Source of the DNA: an uncultured Hyphomicrobiales bacterium
GTDB lineage: Bacteria; Bacteroidota; Ignavibacteria; Kapaibacteriales; UBA2268
NCBI GenBank assembly: GCA_964509335.1
Contig: CAZDXB010000010.1
Coordinates: 3,977 to 67,976 of the forward strand
DNA length: 64,000 nt
Reading direction: 5' to 3'
Shown here: positions 39,157-48,922 of the stretch, one piece after another
How the letters are laid out: every line of letters starts with the position of its first letter
Position numbering within the stretch: position 1 is the stretch's first letter
Translations under genes and position numbers: made by a program
The notes under the pieces: generated by a model
Databases searched by the model: none
Seen by the model: only the letters and a program-made list of their open reading frames with translations
What the model was told of the DNA's origin: nothing

Positions 39157-39554
39157 TGGCTAATAGTCAACGTTCAACCAGAGAAATTCCAATTAGATAC
39201 AGATTAGAAGCGCGAAAATTCGCTTGCGGAACGGTTTCGCTGGCGAGAAGATATATATGCCCTGATTGTTCGCATTCGAATTGCAAAGACTACGAGCGGA
39301 TTACGCTAAAAGGAACCGGCAAAATACTTACTTACACGGTAATCCACATACCCGCCGACCAATTCGCCAAGGAAGCGCCCTTCCCCGTCGCGGTTATCGA
39401 AACCGACGAGGGAGCGCGGCTCACGGCGCAAATTGTCGATTGCGAGCCGGAAAACGTAAAAATCGGCGCGAAAGTCGAACTCGTCTTCCGAAAAATCGGC
39501 GAAGAAGGCGAATCGGGCATCATCAACTACGCCTATAAAGCAAAACTAGCGTAA
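39156..39554 (+). CDS. DUF35 Zn-ribbon/OB-fold protein (scaffold of the thiolase/HMG-CoA synthase complex)
   Basis: Start overlaps the thiolase stop. C-x2-C...C-x2-C zinc ribbon CPDCSHSNC. OB-fold segment. 132 aa. Confidence 0.8.
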   Translation: MANSQRSTREIPIRYRLEARKFACGTVSLARRYICPDCSHSNCKDYERITLKGTGKILTYTVIHIPADQFAKEAPFPVAVIETDEGARLTAQIVDCEPENVKIGAKVELVFRKIGEEGESGIINYAYKAKLA

Positions 39555-39580
39555 GCGATGAATACATAAAGTACTATACT

Positions 39581-39661
39581 CTCCTTCCCAAATTCCAATT
39601 TGGGAAGGAGCTGTAACTATTTGTAAATAAACTAATTCCCAAATTGAAATTTGGGAATTAG
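39581..39661. repeat. Two perfect palindromes of the dispersed TTCCCAAATT..AATTTGGGAA family
   Basis: ctccttcccaaatt-cc-aatttgggaaggag (39581..39610) and ctaattcccaaatt-ga-aatttgggaattag (39632..39661). Confidence 0.8.
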
Positions 39662-39759
39662 GCGTTATAACTGTTCTATATTTTATCTTTTGGAAAAATA
39701 AAAATAAATTAGTAAGTTTTATTTTTAATAAAACGCTTAACAAATAGTCGGGTAAATCA

Positions 39760-40542
39760 GTGAATAAATGGACAAAACTAAGTATTGAATACGCTAACCA
39801 AAGGTCGTATCTTGACGACTTATTTCAAGTTTATCCCACAATTCCCGAAGGCGTTAGAGAAATCGACCAAGAAATTTGGACCGAAGTAGAGAAAGCCTTC
39901 AATCGCAAGGACAATAAATCGCTAATTAAAAAATTGTTGACGCTAGACTTATTCCCCATTAAAGACAGCTATGTCGCTTATTTGAAAAGAGACAAAACGG
40001 CAATTGAAAGAAATCCTAGAACGATTAACCGTATTAGCGGTAGGCTTTACGAAATGGGACTGGATAAAATATTTGAAAGATGCAGCGAACCGAAAGAAAC
40101 AAATCGTCAAATTGGACCGATGTTCAGAAATTGGATTAGTAAAAAATCGTTGGGAATTGAACCGGTCAATTTGAAAATTTTTTCCGCTAACGAAAAAGAC
40201 GGCGTTTTGGAAGCTGGCGATAAAGCAATGATGGATTTCGCTAAGGAACGTCTGGGATACAAGTTAAATAAAGGCTTAGACTTTATCGGCAGATTCAACG
40301 GCAAATATGTAATCGGCGAAGCAAAGTTCCTAACCGATTTCGGCGGGCATCAAAACGCCCAATTCAACGATGCAATTAATACGCTCAAAGCGAAAGGCGT
40401 TAAAGCTGAAAAAATCGCTATACTAGACGGAGTCCTATATATCAAAGGTCAAAACAAAATGTATAAAGCGATAACCGAGAAGTACAAGAACGTCAACATT
40501 ATGAGCGCCCTTGTTTTAAGAGAATTTTTATATCAATTATAA
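39760..40542 (+). CDS. Putative type II restriction endonuclease (PD-(D/E)xK-like)
   Basis: Immediately upstream (4-bp gap) of a DNA MTase. Candidate catalytic signature D(FIGRFNGKYV)IGEAKF. No other family match. 260 aa. Confidence 0.5.
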   Translation: MNKWTKLSIEYANQRSYLDDLFQVYPTIPEGVREIDQEIWTEVEKAFNRKDNKSLIKKLLTLDLFPIKDSYVAYLKRDKTAIERNPRTINRISGRLYEMGLDKIFERCSEPKETNRQIGPMFRNWISKKSLGIEPVNLKIFSANEKDGVLEAGDKAMMDFAKERLGYKLNKGLDFIGRFNGKYVIGEAKFLTDFGGHQNAQFNDAINTLKAKGVKAEKIAILDGVLYIKGQNKMYKAITEKYKNVNIMSALVLREFLYQL

Positions 40543-40546
40543 CGCT

Positions 40547-41608
40547 ATGGAAAATTTACTTATAAAAAGCGATAATATTAAAGGATTAAATTACCTTCTT
40601 GATGAAAGGCGTTTAGAAGGCAAAATTGACTTAGTCTATATTGACCCCCCTTTTGCAATTAGCCGAAATTTTACCATAACAGACAGTAGAGCTTCGACAA
40701 TAAGTAACGCGAGAAACGGTAACATCGCCTACGCCGACAAATTATTGGGAAACGAATTTATAGAATTTCTGCGACAAAGATTAATTCTACTTAAAAAACT
40801 ATTATCGGTAAAAGGCTCAATTTACCTACATACTAATTATAAAATCGGCCATTACGTAAAAGTAATGATGGACGAAGTTTTCGGTCCTAAAAATTTTAGG
40901 AACGACATAACAAGAATAAAATGTAATCCAAAAAATTTCAATCGAGTCGGTTACGGGAATATGAAAGACTTAATTCTGTTTTATTCAAAATCCTCGAGCC
41001 CAATTTGGAACGAACCTAAAGAAAAATATTCACAAAGAGACCTTGAAAAGCTCTTTCCTAAAAAAGACAAACACGGAAGAAGATATACAACCGTGCCAAT
41101 CCATGCTCCGGGAGAAACCGAAAACGGAAAATCAAATCAGCCGTTCAAAGGGATAATGCCGCCCGAGGGAAGACATTGGAGAACCGACGTGGAAACCTTA
41201 GAGCGTTGGGATAAGAAAGGTCTTATCGAGTGGTCGTCATCAGGCAATCCAAGAAAGAAAATCTACGCCGACGAGAGAGAAGGAAAAAGAGTGCAAGATA
41301 TATGGGAATACAAAGACCCTCAATACCCATCATATCCAACTGAAAAAAACGAAAAGATGCTCGATTTAATTATTAGAACATCGTCAAATAAAAACAGTAT
41401 AGTTATAGATTGTTTTTCCGGCTCCGGCGTTACGCTTAAATTAGCACAGATTAACGGTAGAAAATGGATAGGTATAGATGATTCAGAACACGCTATTAAA
41501 GCGTCGATAGAAAAAATTGAGAAAATCGAAGACAATCTATTTGACGAGAAACCTAATTTCAATTACATTGACTTAGAAAAAAAGCGAAGAAGAGAGAAAC
41601 GCGTATAA
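40547..41608 (+). CDS. DNA methyltransferase, beta-class amino-MTase (N6-adenine or N4-cytosine)
   Basis: Motif IV DPPF near the N-terminus (LVYIDPPFA). Motif I DCFSGSGVT near the C-terminus. 353 aa. Confidence 0.8.
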   Translation: MENLLIKSDNIKGLNYLLDERRLEGKIDLVYIDPPFAISRNFTITDSRASTISNARNGNIAYADKLLGNEFIEFLRQRLILLKKLLSVKGSIYLHTNYKIGHYVKVMMDEVFGPKNFRNDITRIKCNPKNFNRVGYGNMKDLILFYSKSSSPIWNEPKEKYSQRDLEKLFPKKDKHGRRYTTVPIHAPGETENGKSNQPFKGIMPPEGRHWRTDVETLERWDKKGLIEWSSSGNPRKKIYADEREGKRVQDIWEYKDPQYPSYPTEKNEKMLDLIIRTSSNKNSIVIDCFSGSGVTLKLAQINGRKWIGIDDSEHAIKASIEKIEKIEDNLFDEKPNFNYIDLEKKRRREKRV

Positions 41609-41707
41609 ATCAAAACCGCTAGAATTTTAAAAAACAACCGCACCTTTGGAAATATCTCAAACTTTCTATAACTTAAGTAAAAAGTTTAAACTAAAAGAGG
41701 CGAAATT

Positions 41708-42898
41708 ATGACTTTCAAAATAAGCGACTCGGTATATTGGACGGGAAAGATAGATTGGCAGTTGCGCAAATTCCACGGCGACGAGCTTTCCACCCACCGC
41801 GGAACTTCCTTTAACTCTTACTTGATTAAAGACGAGAAGAACGTATTAATCGACACAGTTTGGAAACCGTTCACGGCGGAATTTCTCGACAATCTGAGAA
41901 GTCTTATCAAACTGGAAGACATCGACTATATAGTAGTCAACCACGGCGAACCCGACCACAGCGGAGCGCTACCGCATCTAATGGCTTATCTGCCGGACGG
42001 CGTCCCTATATACTGCTCGAAAAGCGGCGTCGCCTCGCTAAAAGGACACTACCATAAGGACTGGAATTTCAAGCCCGTCAAAACCGGCGACAAGCTAAAC
42101 ATAGGTTCTCGCGAATTAACTTTTATCGAAGCGCCGATGTTGCATTGGCCCGACACTATGACGACATACCTTTCGGGCGAAAATATACTGTTTTCTAACG
42201 ACATCTTCGGTCAGCATTACGCCTCCGAGTTTATGTTCGACGACAAAGTCAATCAATACGAGCTATACTACGAAGCGATGAAATACTACGCCAACATAAT
42301 CGCGCCGTTCGCGAAAAAAGCTCTCAAAAAAGTAGAGGAACTCGAATCGCTCGACCTGCCGATTAATCTAATAGCGCCCGCCCACGGCGTTATCTGGCGA
42401 AAAGGCATCAAAAACATAATCGAAACTTACAAGAAATGGTCGGACGCTTACAAAGAAAATCAAATAACAATAATCTACGACACGATGTATAATAGCACGA
42501 GGTTAATGGCTGAATCAATCGCCGACGGAATCAAACAAGCCGACGACGAAGCGGAAATAAAAATATACAACAGCTCGAAAACCGACAAGAACGACTTGAT
42601 TACGGAAATATTCAAATCGAAAGGGATATGCGTCGGCTCGCCTACTCTGAACGGCGGCGTCCTATCGTCGGTCGCGTCCATAATAGAGGAAGCGGCGGGC
42701 TTGAACTTGAGAGACAAAAAAGCCGCCGTTTTCGGCTCTTACGGCTGGTCGCCCGCCAATATTAAAGTCCTGACCAAAGCCTTGGAATCGGCTAAATTCG
42801 AAGTCGTCGGCGACGGCGTAAAAGCCCAATGGAAACCCGAACAAAAGAACTTGGAAGAATGCGTCGAATTCGGCGAGGAATTCGCCCAATCTCTATAA
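41708..42898 (+). CDS. fprA: FprA-family flavodiiron protein (metallo-beta-lactamase-like di-iron domain + flavodoxin domain)
   Basis: Di-iron ligand motif HGEPDHSG. C-terminal flavodoxin-like domain (ITIIYDTMYNSTRLMAE). 396 aa. Confidence 0.85.
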   Translation: MTFKISDSVYWTGKIDWQLRKFHGDELSTHRGTSFNSYLIKDEKNVLIDTVWKPFTAEFLDNLRSLIKLEDIDYIVVNHGEPDHSGALPHLMAYLPDGVPIYCSKSGVASLKGHYHKDWNFKPVKTGDKLNIGSRELTFIEAPMLHWPDTMTTYLSGENILFSNDIFGQHYASEFMFDDKVNQYELYYEAMKYYANIIAPFAKKALKKVEELESLDLPINLIAPAHGVIWRKGIKNIIETYKKWSDAYKENQITIIYDTMYNSTRLMAESIADGIKQADDEAEIKIYNSSKTDKNDLITEIFKSKGICVGSPTLNGGVLSSVASIIEEAAGLNLRDKKAAVFGSYGWSPANIKVLTKALESAKFEVVGDGVKAQWKPEQKNLEECVEFGEEFAQSL

Positions 42899-42968
42899 TA
42901 TTAAAAAGAAACTATCCATGTAAATATGCAATATTATTTAATAAATAATTAAATCTTTAAAAATAAAC

Positions 42969-44444
42969 CTACCTCCCCATAATCAAATTCGCGGAAATCT
43001 TGCCGGATTCAAATATTGTCGGCAAGCCGCTTCCTGGGTGCGTGCCGCCGCCTACCAAATAGCAATTCTTGAACTCCTCGAATTCGTTGTGCGGGCGGAA
43101 GTATAGCATTTGCCCAATATTATGCCCGAGATTGAAAGTCGCTCCGTTGTAAACGTCCATGCTCTCATCCCAATCCTTCGGGGTTAGGATTTTCATCTCC
43201 TCGATATGCTCCCTCAAATCCTTCATATTGGCTTTCGATTCCATCATATCCAAAATCTTCTCGGCGAATTCATCCTTCTTCTCGTCCCAGTAAACCGGAC
43301 CGGTCGTATTGCCTATCGGTACCAAAACGTAAACCGCCGATTTCCCCTCCGGAGCGAGCGTCTTGTCGGTCAACGACGCGTTCTGAATATAAAACGAGGG
43401 GTCTTCCGGCAATATCTTAGAATGCGTTATCTCGTAAACGTTCTTCTCGTAATTGTCGGCGAATATTATATTATGATGCTCCAAGTGGTCGTATAATTTA
43501 TCGACGCCCAAATAAAGCATAAACGTCGAGCATGAATATTTCATCCGCTTCAGTTTATGGTCGGTGTATTTCTGCCTGTGTTTTTGCTCCACGAGCTTGC
43601 TCATAGAGTTCGCGAAGTCGGCGTTAATAACGACGCAATCGGCTTTCTCGATTTCGCCGTTCTCCAGTTCTATTCCTTTCGCCTCGCCGTCCTCGACGAT
43701 TATCCGCTTAACCGGCGCGTTTAAATTAATTTTACCGCCGTCCTCTTCTATCGATTTAGCCATAGCTTGCGACAGTTGATTCAAGCCGCCGGCGACATGA
43801 TATATCCCCCCGCCATGCTCTATGTAAGATATTATGCTAAACGTCCCCGGCGCTTCCCAAGGCGACATCCCAATATATTTCGCCTGAAAAGTAAACGATA
43901 TTTTCAAGTCTTCGCCTTCGAAATACCTGCCCAAAACGTCGTATAAACTAACATGAGCGTCCAAATACGGCAGCGCTTGAATCAATTGCTTGCTAAAATA
44001 GTCGCTAATTTTGCCGTAAGGAACCTGAAGACAAGGGGTAAGCTTCTCGTATTTCTTTTTCTCTTTCTTCCTATATTTCATATACGAAGACGAACTGCCC
44101 GGAAAAACTCGCTCCATCTCCTCCTTCATCTTCTCTTCGTCGGTCGAAGGAAAAAACGTCTTATCTTTGAATTGCAATCTATACATTGGGTCGAGCTTGG
44201 TCAACTCGACGTAATCTTCCAGCTTTCTGCCAGCCATCTCGAATATATCGTCGAGCGCTTCCCGCATCATAAAAAACGTCGGACCAATATCGAAAACGTA
44301 GCCGTTCATTTCAATAGAGCCGTTCCTGCCGCCCACTCTATCTTTCTTTTCATAAATATGAACGTCGTAACCGTTTTTAGTTAAAGGCATTCCGCACGCA
44401 AGACCGCCGGGACCCGCTCCCAGTATAATTACTTTCTCTTTCAT
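42969..44444 (-). CDS. Phytoene desaturase-family FAD-dependent oxidoreductase (CrtI-like)
   Basis: N-terminal dinucleotide-binding motif ILGAGPGGL. E..DRVGGR. 491 aa. Confidence 0.65.
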   Translation of the reverse strand: MKEKVIILGAGPGGLACGMPLTKNGYDVHIYEKKDRVGGRNGSIEMNGYVFDIGPTFFMMREALDDIFEMAGRKLEDYVELTKLDPMYRLQFKDKTFFPSTDEEKMKEEMERVFPGSSSSYMKYRKKEKKKYEKLTPCLQVPYGKISDYFSKQLIQALPYLDAHVSLYDVLGRYFEGEDLKISFTFQAKYIGMSPWEAPGTFSIISYIEHGGGIYHVAGGLNQLSQAMAKSIEEDGGKINLNAPVKRIIVEDGEAKGIELENGEIEKADCVVINADFANSMSKLVEQKHRQKYTDHKLKRMKYSCSTFMLYLGVDKLYDHLEHHNIIFADNYEKNVYEITHSKILPEDPSFYIQNASLTDKTLAPEGKSAVYVLVPIGNTTGPVYWDEKKDEFAEKILDMMESKANMKDLREHIEEMKILTPKDWDESMDVYNGATFNLGHNIGQMLYFRPHNEFEEFKNCYLVGGGTHPGSGLPTIFESGKISANLIMGR

Positions 44445-44530
44445 AACCAGCTCTAATATTTTTCAAACTCATACTTACCATAAAAATAACAAAAAAATCG
44501 CTTAGATGAAACTTTTAAATCAAAACTTCT

Positions 44531-46459
44531 CTATTGCCCGCCGTCCAAGCCAATATTCGCCTCGACGCCAGCCCGTATCCACCTGCCGGGCATCCAAACG
44601 TTCGCTATATCGTTATACTTTACGTCGAAAAGATTAGACGCCTCTAGGTAAAAACTGAGAACATTCCAACTAGCGAACAAACGCAAACTCGTCAAAAAAA
44701 CGGGCTTATACTCGGCTTCCTCGCCCTTGTCGTAATCGTAAAACTCGCCCGCTCGGTCTTGGAAGCTAACCTTTACAACGGCGCCGAAATCGTCCCTATA
44801 GGACAATCGACCGCCGAAATTCAACTTATGCCGCAGAAAATCCAAGGCGTAGAGCGACGAATAACCCGCGACGCTCTTCTCCAAATTTACGTAAGTATAA
44901 TTCAAACTAAGGCTCTTCAAAAAGAGATAATCGAGCGGCGGTATATTAATATCCGGCAATATCCTAACCGACGCTTCAAAACCATTCCCAATTATTTCCG
45001 TAATGTTTTCCGCTCGCCATACGGCTTCCTCGTCGGCGCCTTTCGGCTTCACCCAATCAATTATTCGCTCCCCTTCGCGTCTAAAAACGGAAACGTCGAA
45101 CGCCGCGACGGAACCAAAATATTTCGCTCCCACTTCATACGACAAAGACTCCTCCGGCTCCAAATCCGTATTGCCAACGTTCGTCGGACTGTCGTAATAA
45201 AGCTCCGTGAAGGTCGGCAGGCGCAGAGAGCGGTTAACCGTTCCGAAAAACTTAAAGCCCTCGAAAGCCTCGTAGCTAATATCCACTCCCGGATAAAACG
45301 CTATGTCAAAATCCGTATTCCAATTAACGAGAGCGCCCGCCGAAACAGCCAATCCCCGCCACAATATCGAATGCTCGGCGAATGCGGCTATGTTCTCACG
45401 CGAAGCCCGCTTATCGTATATGCCGTCTGCTTCTTCGGTTTCCTCGCCCAAGACGTTGCTCTTAATATTTTCCGAGCGGAACTCGAAGCCGGCGGAAGAA
45501 ACGCCCCCAAACCACACATAACCGAGATTCGCCGAGCCGCCGAAAACGTCCGTAATATGCCGGTTATGCCCCGAATACCAATCGGGCGGATTATCGCGAA
45601 ACAGCTGAAACACGTCCCGATTGCGCCGCCAATAAGCCGACGACCGGAACCTCAACGTGGCGCCCGCGCTATACTTTGCGCTCGCGAAATACGTTTTCAA
45701 GCGCTCGTATTGATTAGGATACTTCGCCGTGTAAAAGCTATTCGCGCCGAAGCTCTTGTCTCTCCAGCCGCCCTGCAACTCGAACTCGCCGAACGAAGCC
45801 TCGTAACCGCCGCGATAAAATACGTTCGCAGATTGAAAGTCCGTGTTCTCGATATACGGTCCCGAGCCTTTCTTCACGACTGAAACGTAATTGTCGAAAT
45901 TATCGAAATTATAAGATACGGCGGCGGCTGTCTTGTAATACTCATGCTGACCGCCGGCGAGCGAGAGCTTCGCGTTCTTCTCCTTATTCGAGCCGGTAAT
46001 AATATTAATCGCTCCGGCGAAGGCGTTCGGTCCCAAAGCTCGCGAGCCGGGTCCCTCCAAAATCTCGATTTCGAGTATATCGTCGATTTCCACCGGAATA
46101 TTCAAATTATGATGCCCCGTCTGCGGGTCGTTTACGGGGACGCCGTTCAGCAAAATCAAAGTTTGCTCGAACGAGCCGCCGCGAAGGCTAATGTCCGCTT
46201 GCGCGTCTATTCCGCCTCTCCTTCTAATATCCAAACCGCAAGCGTATTCCAATATATCGTCCAAAGACTGAGCCGGCGCGCTTTTTATCTCCTCGCGGGA
46301 AATCGTCCGCGCTATCCGCGAAGTCTCCGAGTAAAGCCGCGGCGCTCTTTTGCCGGTAACGACCACCTCGCTCGTAACGACCGAATCCGTCGCCGCGAGA
46401 GCCGTCGCCGCCGCTACCGCCAAAACAATCGCCGCCGCCAATAAAGTCCCCAATTTCAT
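44531..46459 (-). CDS. TonB-dependent outer-membrane receptor (BtuB/CirA-like size)
   Basis: Signal peptide. Plug domain with TonB-box region (DSVVTSEVVVTG). Conserved LRGG.....LLNGVP and beta-barrel. Visibly higher GC than its neighbours. Confidence 0.85.
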   Translation of the reverse strand: MKLGTLLAAAIVLAVAAATALAATDSVVTSEVVVTGKRAPRLYSETSRIARTISREEIKSAPAQSLDDILEYACGLDIRRRGGIDAQADISLRGGSFEQTLILLNGVPVNDPQTGHHNLNIPVEIDDILEIEILEGPGSRALGPNAFAGAINIITGSNKEKNAKLSLAGGQHEYYKTAAAVSYNFDNFDNYVSVVKKGSGPYIENTDFQSANVFYRGGYEASFGEFELQGGWRDKSFGANSFYTAKYPNQYERLKTYFASAKYSAGATLRFRSSAYWRRNRDVFQLFRDNPPDWYSGHNRHITDVFGGSANLGYVWFGGVSSAGFEFRSENIKSNVLGEETEEADGIYDKRASRENIAAFAEHSILWRGLAVSAGALVNWNTDFDIAFYPGVDISYEAFEGFKFFGTVNRSLRLPTFTELYYDSPTNVGNTDLEPEESLSYEVGAKYFGSVAAFDVSVFRREGERIIDWVKPKGADEEAVWRAENITEIIGNGFEASVRILPDINIPPLDYLFLKSLSLNYTYVNLEKSVAGYSSLYALDFLRHKLNFGGRLSYRDDFGAVVKVSFQDRAGEFYDYDKGEEAEYKPVFLTSLRLFASWNVLSFYLEASNLFDVKYNDIANVWMPGRWIRAGVEANIGLDGGQ

Positions 46460-46607
46460 ATTCTCTCAATTTTCTCTTTCGTCCAAAATAAGTTTGTAAA
46501 GATAAAGGATTAGAGCTAGAAAGAAAAGTTAGTTTGTTAAACTACCGTCAGTTATAGAAATTTCTGATTAGCTATTTATAAATTCGCTCATTCCTTATAT
46601 TTGTATT

Positions 46608-47387
46608 TTGGCAACGACAAATTACGAGCAAATGAAAACAAAAAAGAAATACGAAATAGGAATAGCTTTAGGCGGCGGCGGGCAAAGAGGATTCGCCCAC
46701 TTCGGCATACTGAAAGCGCTGAACGAAAAAGGCATATATCCCGATATGATATCCGGCGTCAGCGCCGGAGCCATAGCCGGCGCGTTCATAGCCGACGGCA
46801 AAGAACCGGAAGAAGCTTTCAACTTGTTAAAAAAGAACAAATTCGCCGATTTCACCAGAATAATATTCCCTATCGACGGCTTCTTCAGCCTCGACAAATT
46901 AAACGACAACCTGAAAAACTTGATTGAAGCCGACGACGTAAAGGACTTGAAACTGCCTTTCTACGCCGCGGCGACTAATTTAACCGACGGAACGGTGGAA
47001 TATTTTGACGAAGGTCCCCTTCATACTATAATCCAAGCGTCGTCTTCGATACCGGTTGTTTTCTCCCCCGTTGAAATCGACGGTAAATTATACGTTGACG
47101 GCGGCATATTCGACAACGTGCCCGTTACCCCGCTCTTGGGAAAATGTAAAAAGATAATCGCCGTCAACGTAAACCCAATGAAGAAAGCCAAAAGCATCAA
47201 AAACTTTTTGCAAGTAGCCGATAGAGTAACGCACCTTGTCGTTAACCAAACCATCAAAGACATAAAAGACAAATGCGATATATTCATCGAACCTAAAAGA
47301 ACGATAGAATATGAAATACTATCTTCCGACCATCCCGACAAACTTTTCGAAATCGGCTACGAATATTGTAAGAGTTTGGATATATAG
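46608..47387 (+). CDS. Patatin-like phospholipase
   Basis: GGG.RG oxyanion motif (LGGGGQRG). Nucleophile GVSAG (GxSxG). Catalytic DGG. Confidence 0.8.
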   Translation: MATTNYEQMKTKKKYEIGIALGGGGQRGFAHFGILKALNEKGIYPDMISGVSAGAIAGAFIADGKEPEEAFNLLKKNKFADFTRIIFPIDGFFSLDKLNDNLKNLIEADDVKDLKLPFYAAATNLTDGTVEYFDEGPLHTIIQASSSIPVVFSPVEIDGKLYVDGGIFDNVPVTPLLGKCKKIIAVNVNPMKKAKSIKNFLQVADRVTHLVVNQTIKDIKDKCDIFIEPKRTIEYEILSSDHPDKLFEIGYEYCKSLDI

Positions 47388-47515
47388 ACGAAGCGATAAA
47401 GACTACCGGACGTCATTCCCAGCTCGACTGGGAATCCAGAGAAAACGATTGTCTTGAAATCATACTTTTATCTCATTACCTAAATCCCGAGGCTAAACTA
47501 AAATCCAGAAACTAA

Positions 47516-47650
47516 TCTAATTCCCAATTTGGAATTTGGAAATTAGGATAAAAAAAATGAAATTTGGATAAACTTTAGAGCGCCGCCTATTTCCCAAATT
47601 GAAATTTGGGAAATAGGATAAATTAGGATAAAATTGAAATTTGGGAAATA
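47516..47650. repeat. Cluster of three copies (one imperfect, one perfect, one half) of the dispersed palindrome family in a 370-bp non-coding region
   Basis: ctaattcccaatttggaatttggaaattag (imperfect). ctatttcccaaattgaaatttgggaaatag (perfect, 47587..47616). aaattgaaatttgggaaatag (half). Additional hairpin attcccagctcgactgggaat at about 47425. Confidence 0.75.
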
Positions 47651-47761
47651 GAACGGATAAAAAGCCGCAAGACTAGGTATAGAAATAAATGAAAACTTGG
47701 ATGATAGGGCAAATATAACTAAATTTTGAAAAATGATTATTAGGAATTATATAAAAGTCTG

Positions 47762-48826
47762 ATGCTACTTTTACTTATATATCTGTTTTTAGCCTTGTTC
47801 GTTTCCTTCCTTTGCTCGGTAATGGAAGCGGTTCTGCTATCTACCACCATTCCTTTTTTGAAAGTGAAAGAAAAGGAAGGCTTCGGCTCGGCGAGAAAGA
47901 TAATGAAGCTAAAGCGTTTTATAAATAAACCGCTCTCCGCCATTCTATCGCTGAATACAATAGCCCACACCGTCGGCGCGGCGGGCGTCGGCGCGCAAGC
48001 TACGCTGGTTTTCGGCAAGGCGTATTTCGGCGTCGTGTCAGCGGTTCTGACGTTTTTAATCCTCGTTATATCCGAAATAATCCCAAAAACCATAGGAGCC
48101 AGATATTGGAAAAAACTAACTATTCCCGCGGGCAACATAATAAGATTCACAATTTTTATAACTTATCCCTTAGTAATTATCTCGGCGCTGGTAACCAAAC
48201 TCGTATCGAGCAAAAAAAGCGGCAAGACAACCAGCAGAGAAGAAATCTCCGCTCTGGCGGACATTGGAGCAGAAGAAGGAATTGTCGGCGCCACCGAAAA
48301 CAAAATCATACAAAATCTTATTCGCTTAAAAAATATAAAAGTCCACGAAATAATGACGCCGAGAACCGTAGTTTCAGCCGCCAACGAAGAGATGGACCTG
48401 CCGGATTTCCAAAAAGACAAAAAATTCCTTTACTTTTCGAGAATACCGGTTTACGCCGAAGAACAGGATAGAATCACGGGATACGTCTTACGCCAGACCG
48501 TTCTCGAAGAATTGACCGAAGGCAGAACCTCTCTAAAACTAAAGGACATTAAACGCGAAATCGCGGTCGTCCCCGATATAACGCCCACTTTCAACGCGTT
48601 TGAAACGCTAATAGATAAAAAAGATCACATCGCTATGGTAGTCGATGAATACGGCGGAATGTCAGGCATAGTAACGATGGAAGATATTATCGAAACGTTA
48701 ATCGGCTTCGAAATCATCGACGAAAGAGACGCCATAAAAGATATGCAACGCTACGCCCGAGAAAGATGGAAAAAACGACAGGCAAAATACAATCTTCTGC
48801 AAAAATTCAGAAACGAGGAAAAATAA
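47762..48826 (+). CDS. CNNM/hemolysin-family transporter-like protein (DUF21 membrane domain + tandem CBS domains)
   Basis: N-terminal 4-TM DUF21. CBS pair (HEIMTPR...). 354 aa. Confidence 0.75.
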   Translation: MLLLLIYLFLALFVSFLCSVMEAVLLSTTIPFLKVKEKEGFGSARKIMKLKRFINKPLSAILSLNTIAHTVGAAGVGAQATLVFGKAYFGVVSAVLTFLILVISEIIPKTIGARYWKKLTIPAGNIIRFTIFITYPLVIISALVTKLVSSKKSGKTTSREEISALADIGAEEGIVGATENKIIQNLIRLKNIKVHEIMTPRTVVSAANEEMDLPDFQKDKKFLYFSRIPVYAEEQDRITGYVLRQTVLEELTEGRTSLKLKDIKREIAVVPDITPTFNAFETLIDKKDHIAMVVDEYGGMSGIVTMEDIIETLIGFEIIDERDAIKDMQRYARERWKKRQAKYNLLQKFRNEEK

Positions 48827-48922
48827 AACGCCGACTTTTCATAAATCACAGTCAGAATATTTTTTTCTTTCGATAAATTTTTCGGAAATTGAAACAAAAT
48901 TAACGCGTAAACAAAATAATAT

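Noticed and set aside
39266-39538. Overlapping R-rich ORFs (39266..39538 plus, 39332..39526 minus) within the DUF35 gene
   Set aside because: They are shadow ORFs of the DUF35 coding frame, which has the Zn-ribbon and conserved context.
44759-46444. 374-aa and 166-aa plus-strand ORFs antisense to the TonB-dependent receptor
   Set aside because: They are Arg-rich artefacts of a GC-rich gene, a classic GC-skewed antisense ORF. The receptor has a signal peptide, plug and barrel.
46460-46607. Possible cobalamin riboswitch upstream of the BtuB-like TonB receptor, given the nearby B12-dependent IcmF
   Set aside because: I could not find a B12-box (GCCACTG-like) or the conserved cobalamin-riboswitch helices by eye. 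This needs an Infernal scan, so I am not calling it.
47388-47761. Possible small RNA gene (tmRNA, RNase P or 6S) in the 370-bp non-coding region after the patatin gene
   Set aside because: No tmRNA termini (GGGG...CCA), RNase P P4 or 6S features. The region is explained by palindromic repeat copies.
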